Below are positions 57,721-64,000 of a DNA stretch of 64,000 bases, one piece after another (position 1 is the first letter of the stretch; each line of letters opens with the position of its first letter). The notes beneath the pieces were generated by a model. The model made no database searches. It saw only the letters and a list, made by a program, of their open reading frames with translations, and was not told the DNA's origin. Origin of the DNA: Vicugna vicugna. Its lineage: Eukaryota. The translations under genes were made by a program, and so were the position numbers. The DNA lies in contig MU063211.1 of assembly GCA_013265495.1 (NCBI GenBank), positions 217,058 to 281,057 on the forward strand. The letters are read 5' to 3'.

Positions 57721-59164
57721 CGGAAAGTAAAAAGTTTACGGGGATGTTGACAGGATGGTTAAAAATAGTCCTGTCTTTAAAAGGTGAAAATTTGGTGAGG
57801 AATGCTGGGGGCTGGGAGTTGGGGGCACATGCTTGCCTCTGTCTGGCCCACCCACCATCTGGGAAAGCCAGCCTGCTCCCCTTCCGACTCCGGTGGCCCG
57901 ATCAGACGCCCGGACCCTGCCTGCCGCCCGTCTCCAACCCTGATGCCCATCAAACTGCTGGGACGCCAGCCTGAGCTTTAATCTTATTATCTTGACACAT
58001 ACCAGTTTCTGATTCAAGGAGTCTGACTACACAAACTGGGTTTTCTTAGGTAGTGACGCTTTAGGAAGAAAAAAAATGGTGTTGGTTCCAAATACCTGCA
58101 ATGCCGGGGCTGATTCTGCTATCAGGGCATCGAGAGTCCCTTCTCTGTGGAGAAGCTCTGCCACCTTCCATGCCAGCGTCAACACCAGCCACGCTGTCCT
58201 GAGCGGGCCCCAGGACTACAGACCTGGCACGGGAAGGGACCACCCCAGATTCCCACTGCAGCAGCAGCGGAGGGCAGAGAGGTCTGCAGAGCGAGCGGCA
58301 GGGATCAGGGGTGGTGGTGGGTGAGGAGGTCAGCTGGTGAGCAAGGTCCAGTAACTCAGGGCCAGGCTGGGCGGGATCTGGGCAGCGCCAGAGCCCCTCC
58401 TCTGTCTCCTGGGGGGAGGGGGCCACGCTTCCCCCTTCTCCTGCTCCCCCCATGGCCCTGCTGCCCTGCCTGGGACCCCCCCCAAGACTCCGTACTGCCC
58501 GTGAGTCCTTGAGGGCCCCCTTCTGCAGCCGCACACAGCGCAGGCCTCGGGAGTGCTCAGGACCCCGCCCTGATGTCGCGGTGACTCCCCACCTTTCCCG
58601 CTTCCCTTTCCCGTTGAGATGTACTTTCTGAGCTCACGGGAAGGACCGCCCACGCTGGTCAACTCACTCACTCGCAGACTCGGAGAACCATTAATCAATG
58701 ACGGCCTGATTTAACCTTCCTTCGGAGCCCCTGGCTAAAGAGCTACAGCTGGGTCCGCCACCGCTGGGGCCACCGCTGGGGCCACTTTCCTGGTCGAGAT
58801 GCCCAGAGCTCCCTCTGTGAACCAAGGGTCTCCTCTCCTCTCCTCTCAGGAAGCCTACGGAGGGGACCTGAGATGCTGAGGCCAAGGAAAGGAGGGCCGG
58901 GTCAGGGAGCCCACTGCTTCCCCTGCCCCGCCCCGCCCAACCACCCCCGCCCTCCACCAAACCACGCCCACACCACGCCCATCCCGCCGTGCCACGCCCA
59001 CACTGCAAGGTCATGCCACGCCCCCATCAGAGCGCGTCCCTGCTGAGGCCCCACCGTGCCCCCACCCTCCTCTCTCCCTGCGCAGCTGCAGCAGCTGGGC
59101 TCTGTCCCTCCCTCAGCAACTCCTCTTCATTGCGGCAGTATTAGCCTTGCTAAGGCACAGTGTG

Positions 59165-59420
59165 GACGGCGTCCCTCCACTGCTCTAAAGCCTGCCATGG
59201 CTCCCTGGCCTGGGGACGAAGTCTAGGTGTTCGGGCCGGTGTTCAGGGACCGCACTGTCAGTCCCCGAAGTGGGAGCTGATCCGCTCTGCCTCCTCTGGT
59301 CTTGTCACCCGCCCCCATCTCCTCCGTCCTGATGTGGTCTCTGCATCTGGACCCCTCATTCTACGTCCACACCCCCAAAGCTAAGCTGAGACCCCAGTTT
59401 CCTTCCAGGGCACCCTGACT
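59165..59420 (+). mobile_element. L2 LINE fragment
   Basis: ccctccactgctctaaagcctgccatggctccc...gaagtctagg resembles the L2 block cactcctctgctcaaaaccctccaatggctccc...aaatccaaa. Confidence 0.5.
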
Positions 59421-60879
59421 GGGTCAGAGGCGGTCTCCCGGGGTGGGGGTACTGGCCTTGCCCTTATTGGTCGTTACTAATAATCATAGTGACGTGTCTT
59501 GAAGCCTCGCGGGGGCCAGGCTCCGGGCTGGGGGCTTCCTGAGTCTGTAGCTCAGCCACGTGAGGCTGGGAACGAGGCCTGCCCCTGGGGGCTGGGGGGC
59601 CGGGGGGCGGTGTGGTTTGCTGAGTGAAGGCTGAGATCTCCAGGCAACAGCTCTGACCGAGAGGGGAACCCAGGACCCGGGGAGAAGGTACTGAACCCCG
59701 AGGGCACGTGGTCACAAGGACGCACACAGTTTCTGATGCTTGTGTGGTCCCCGTCTCACCTCCAGCTCTGTCCTCCGCTCTCCCCACCCGCCGCGGGCCT
59801 GCAGCCCTCCTCCTCACCAACTGGAGGGGACGCTTAAGAGAGAGGACGAGGCGGGCGGGAGCCTGGACCTGATCCCGGAATGTGCACTTGAGCTCTACTC
59901 CGCTGCCAGCTGTTTAAAAATGGAAGAGATTAAAAATGAGCAAGTGAGAGGCCTTTGAGCATAGCCATCAGCAGCTGAGCTGTGCAGACTAATTCCATTT
60001 CCGCCTCCTCCCCCTCTGAGCCCCCGCCTTCACCCGCCGCCGCCACCTGCAAGTTTCCCCAGCTTCTCCCAAACACGAGCACCCCAGTTATGGCTCCTGA
60101 CAACCCTCACTGTCCCGCTGGCGGTCACCCACGTCCCCGGCGGCGCTGGAGAGAGAGGAGAAGGCTAACCGTGACCACGTGAGCGCAGGCTTCTCAGGCT
60201 CCCAGGCGGTGAGCATTAGCAAAGCGAGGAGGGCCTCCTGGGCCTGCTGGGAGCTGGGCTCCCACACGCCCGTCTGTGGGGGCCCCACTGCCCCTCCGTC
60301 AGGCAGCGCCATCAGCCCCCACGGCTACGATCATGGGGACAAGCCACCCCAAAATGTCAGCCACGGAAGACAACAAGAACACCCATGACCTCAGCGCCCG
60401 TGGGCCAGGAAATGGGAGCGGCCTGCTGGGTGGGCTCGGGTGGGCTCAGGGTCTCCCAGGAGCTGGCAGTGAGGCTGGCAGCTGACACCGCCTGATCTGA
60501 AGGTTCGAGGGGACCTGTGGGCAACAGGCCCCTGTTCGCCACCGGGCGGGCCTCTCCACCGGGCTGCTGGTGACAGCAGGGCAGCTGGCCAGCCCAGCAG
60601 GTGTCGGGGCGGGGGGAGGGCACACGCACCCAGCAGCAGCCACAGGCCCTTCATCACATTGCCTCAGGGGACCAAGGGGTCTCTGTCGGCCACGCAGACC
60701 AACCCTGGTGCCATGGGGGGGGTGCTGCCGAGATGTGACACTGGGGACAGGTCTCTGGAGCCATCTTGGAGGCTGGTTTCTAACTCATTTCCCCAGTCTG
60801 CAGACAAGCAAACCGAGGCTCGGGCCGTATAGGTCCCTGGCCTGAGCTCACCCAGCCGCGAGTAGAGCCCGGCTGGGAC

Positions 60880-61004
60880 CTCAGCCCGCCTGACTCTGGT
60901 CCCAGGACCCTCGTGGGTCACATGGGTGAGTTCTAGCCCTGGCGCTGGGGCTTACTGCAACATGTGACCTTGAGATGGTGGATGTGTGACCTTGAGATGG
61001 GTGG
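60880..61004 (+). mobile_element. MIR fragment with a local 22-bp-period duplication of tgtgaccttgagatgg
   Basis: gagttctagccctggcgctggggcttactgcaacatgtgaccttg is MIR-like; the duplicated unit starts at 60963 and 60985. Confidence 0.45.
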
Positions 61005-63649
61005 GGAAGTTTGGCTCTGTCCCTGCATCTGAGAGGCCACAGTCCCGGCCAGGATGGCAGAACCCATCCTAGAGCCAGTTCTCACCCCCTACGGCCAGCC
61101 TGCAGGCAGGAAACTGAGACACGAAGGACCATGTTGCTGGTCAGGGTGGGTCTGGGGGTCAGAGCACACAGGCCCCGTGTCCCAGAGGTCTTCACTGCAG
61201 GGCCGGCCTATGCGGATGGAGGGTGCAAGGCTGAGAATAGCAACAAGGGCCACCTGGACCTCGGGAGTCAGGCGAATGCAGGCCCCAGGTGGAGGCTGCA
61301 TCTCCCTAGGAACTGGTGACACGGACGTTGCATTGCCCTCGATGCCCGGCCGCCACGCCTGTGGGATGTCGGAGGACTCGGCGCCGAGTGGCCCGGGCCA
61401 CGCCCCCCGCCCCCAGCAGGGTCAAGGCCCAGCGGGAAGGTCACCTCAAGTCTGGCAGAGCTGGAAGGCAGCCAAGGTCCCGTGAGCTGCCGCCCCTGCA
61501 GAGCATCCCCCAGGCCTGCAGGGGCCCCCCCACCCAGGACAGGTCCCAGGCTGGGCACGGGTTAGTCTCCCTGGGGCACAGAGCCGGCCCCAGGGTGAGC
61601 AGCGGTACGAGCAGTGCCTTCAGCATCTCCCCGCGTCAGCTCAGCGCCTGGTTAGCGATGTCTGGGGCTGGAGGAGGCTGCTCTGCACTGGGTTTTCCCA
61701 GGACACAGGGCCTGTGGAAGCCCCGCTCCGCCCACCTGACCCCTACGTCTCAGCCACCCGGCTGAGGGTGGCCAGGTGTGTCAAGGCAGCTTCACTTCGC
61801 TGCTGCTGCTGGCTCTGACGTCCTCGTCTCCCGGACAGCCCGGAATGGCATCTGGAATCAGGCCCCACCCCGCTTCCTTTGCCTGCAGGATGCTTGGGCC
61901 ACAGAAGGGAACCGTCACCATAGCATCAGGAAGAGCCCCGAGTGACAAGCCCTAAAGGAGACAGTCGAGCCGGGGCCAAGGTCAGGATGCTGACCGTGCT
62001 GCCGCCGTGCGTGGCGTGAGGCAGGTGCCTCCCCCCGGCCCCGCTTGCTTGTCTGTAAAGTGGCGATGATTACAGTTATCCGCAAGGGAACGAGGAGGTC
62101 CCATGAGATGACCTATGGGTAGTGGGTGGACTCGGCGCTTCCCAGAACACAGCCTTCAATCAAGTAACGTGGAAAGTCCTCCTCTAGACACGCACCCCCT
62201 CTAGGCCCTAAGGGACCCTCCACTCCTGCTGGACTCTGTGTAACCCAACGTTTCCCAAGGGCTTGTGACCAGAGTCGTCCGCAGGTGCTACACTGCATCA
62301 GTCAGCCTAGTCCAGGTTGGTGGCAGTAACAAAGAGCCCCCCCCTCCTGAATCCCTGTGGCTTGCAAGTGATAGTTCATCCTTCACGCGGGCCGTGTGCA
62401 GGCGGGCTGGCGGAGGGACCCTACCGCTCAGCCCCAGGGACCCAGGGAATGGAGGCCCCATCCTGGTCCACACTTCATCACAGAAGAGGGCAAGGCATGT
62501 GGCAGACCACCCTCTGACTCTCCAGTGTCCTTGGGAAGTGATGTGCATCACCTCTGCCAGGTCTCATTGGCCAGAGGGAGGTACGTAGCCACGCCCACCC
62601 AAAACAGGGGGCGGGGCTCTCCCCTAAGCCCCGGAGGGGAGCGGCCAGACCTGTGTGCCCGCCCCCAGCTGCTGTGAGCCTGAGGTGGCCCCACCAAGCA
62701 GACCCTGGGGATGGCTGGTTGGTTCCCTAATGACCCCAAAGGGGGAGAGCTGTCCTCAACCGAAAGTCAAACCCAGCGTTTCAGACGCAACCCACCCAAG
62801 CTGAAAGGGTGGTCTTGCTCTTCTGTATCTCGCAGCACAGGCTTCCGCTGGCTCTGCAGATCCATATATTTATTCGTATGGAAACTGTTTCCCAGCCAAG
62901 TGCGACATTTGGATACTGAGTCACTGTTTTGGTTCATCCCGATGTCCCACAAAAGATGAAAACACCCAAAAAATATTATGGACACAGTCTTGCTTATTTG
63001 TTTCCTGGAAGCAATTTTTAGATTAATGACTAACTTGAGATTTACAACAAACAGAACACAAAAGTGTCCTCTCTCTCCCAGGGAACAGACTGAGTTCTCC
63101 CTCCACGCGCACAGACTGGGAAGTTAGGACCCGACCGGGCCCAGCAGAACCGCCGCCACCGGCCGCCTCCCACAGGAGGCCCGGGACCTCGGCCTCGCCC
63201 TGGTGGCGGCCACTGTCCCGCGATGCTGCTGCAGGTCCGTCAGGGAAATCCGCGAGGTTTACAGGCCCCCGCCTATGAAGAGGGAAAGACGGTGCAGGTC
63301 CCAGCCCCCTGCCCTCTCTGCTGGTCAGAACCCTCCTACCCTCTGCCTGCCCGTCCCTGTGAGCGTCGCCCCGGGCCTAGGCTGTCCTTCCTGCTGCCTT
63401 TACACTCAGACCAAGGCCTCATCCCGGGAGTGGGAGAGGCGATGGCCGGGCCCTGGTGAAGGATGTCTCGTCACGGAACGCTAGCTGCACGCTGTCGCTG
63501 AGCAGTGGGGTCGCCCCCTCTCTGTGGGCGGGGGCTCTGGACGCCCCCAGGAGTGTGGGCAGCTCCTGGCAGCACCCCCACCGGGAGAGGCTCGGGAGAG
63601 GACCTCTCTGTCCCTTCCTTGCAACAGGGAGCCCACCTACTTCCTGTTC

Positions 63650-63800
63650 TGCAGAGCCTTGCTGGCCCCAGGGGCCACCTGCCTCGGTGGCCATGCGCCC
63701 CCTCCTGGGAAGATTTTGCTCTCCCTTCCTTCCTTCATTCCCTTGCCTCCTCTTCATCTTTCAAATGTCACCACACCACTAGGAGGCCTTCTTGGCTGGC
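63650..63800 (+). mobile_element. L2 LINE fragment
   Basis: ttcatctttcaaatgtcacc...aggaggccttcttggctg matches the L2 tcaaatgtcacc...aggccttccctg block. Confidence 0.5.
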
Positions 63801-63889
63801 CCGGCCCGGCCGACTCTCAGATGGAGGAACACCACGAGCAGGGGCGTGGGCACGCAGGCTCTAGGCCCGGGCCCTCCTCGCCGTGCCCC

Positions 63890-63945
63890 CCAGGGCAGCT
63901 GCCTCACCTCCCTGAGCCCCCAGCTTCTTCCTGCGTAAATGGAGA
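63890..63945 (+). mobile_element. MIR fragment
   Basis: gggcagctgcctcacctccctgagcccccagcttcttcctgcgtaaatggag resembles the MIR core. Confidence 0.5.
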
Positions 63946-64000
63946 GGAGCGGGGACCAACCCCGCCTCCCAGGCCCAGGCTCCCACCCGGGGAAGGTCCG

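Noticed and set aside
61441-61626. Minus-strand ORF MLKALLVPLLTLGPALC... resembling a lipocalin-type signal peptide
   Set aside because: No lipocalin G-x-W motif at the expected place, no upstream TATA or convincing donor, and no further lipocalin-like exons. Treated as chance.
16000-64000. CTCF-like and G-quadruplex-like motifs scattered through the intergenic region
   Set aside because: The CTCF-like candidates I checked had mismatches at core positions, and G-runs are ubiquitous here. None can be supported without PWM scoring or ChIP data.

Overview
Mammalian genomic DNA, very GC- and CpG-rich. It is probably from a camelid, inferred from three tRNA-Ala-derived SINE copies and the absence of recognisable Alu, B1/B2 or Bov-A elements. 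The window holds the 3' half of OLFM1 (olfactomedin-1/noelin/pancortin) on the + strand. Visible parts are the 'Y' alternative terminal exon (Gly-stop, 1500-1505, with its own 3'UTR and poly(A) signals), the penultimate Z exon (9375-9481) and the terminal olfactomedin-domain exon (14141-14815, poly(A) signal 15783). The first Z-specific coiled-coil exon is not visible and most likely lies in the N-gap at 2014-2265. The remaining ~48 kb is intergenic: decayed MIR/L2/MLT1/LTR remnants, microsatellites, one 22-bp minisatellite and several AT-rich homeodomain-motif islands. I found no second protein-coding gene and no convincing novel biological system; almost all ORFs in the track are GC-content artefacts. 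The best leads are (1) an RE1/NRSE with both half-sites perfect but the left half inverted, next to a tandem CRE; (2) GC3 of about 98% in the last exon, with AT-to-GC-biased amino-acid changes and a C-terminal ADEL in place of SDEL; (3) a minisatellite with a splice-donor-like motif in every unit. Repeat family calls and human/mouse protein comparisons are from memory, not database searches.
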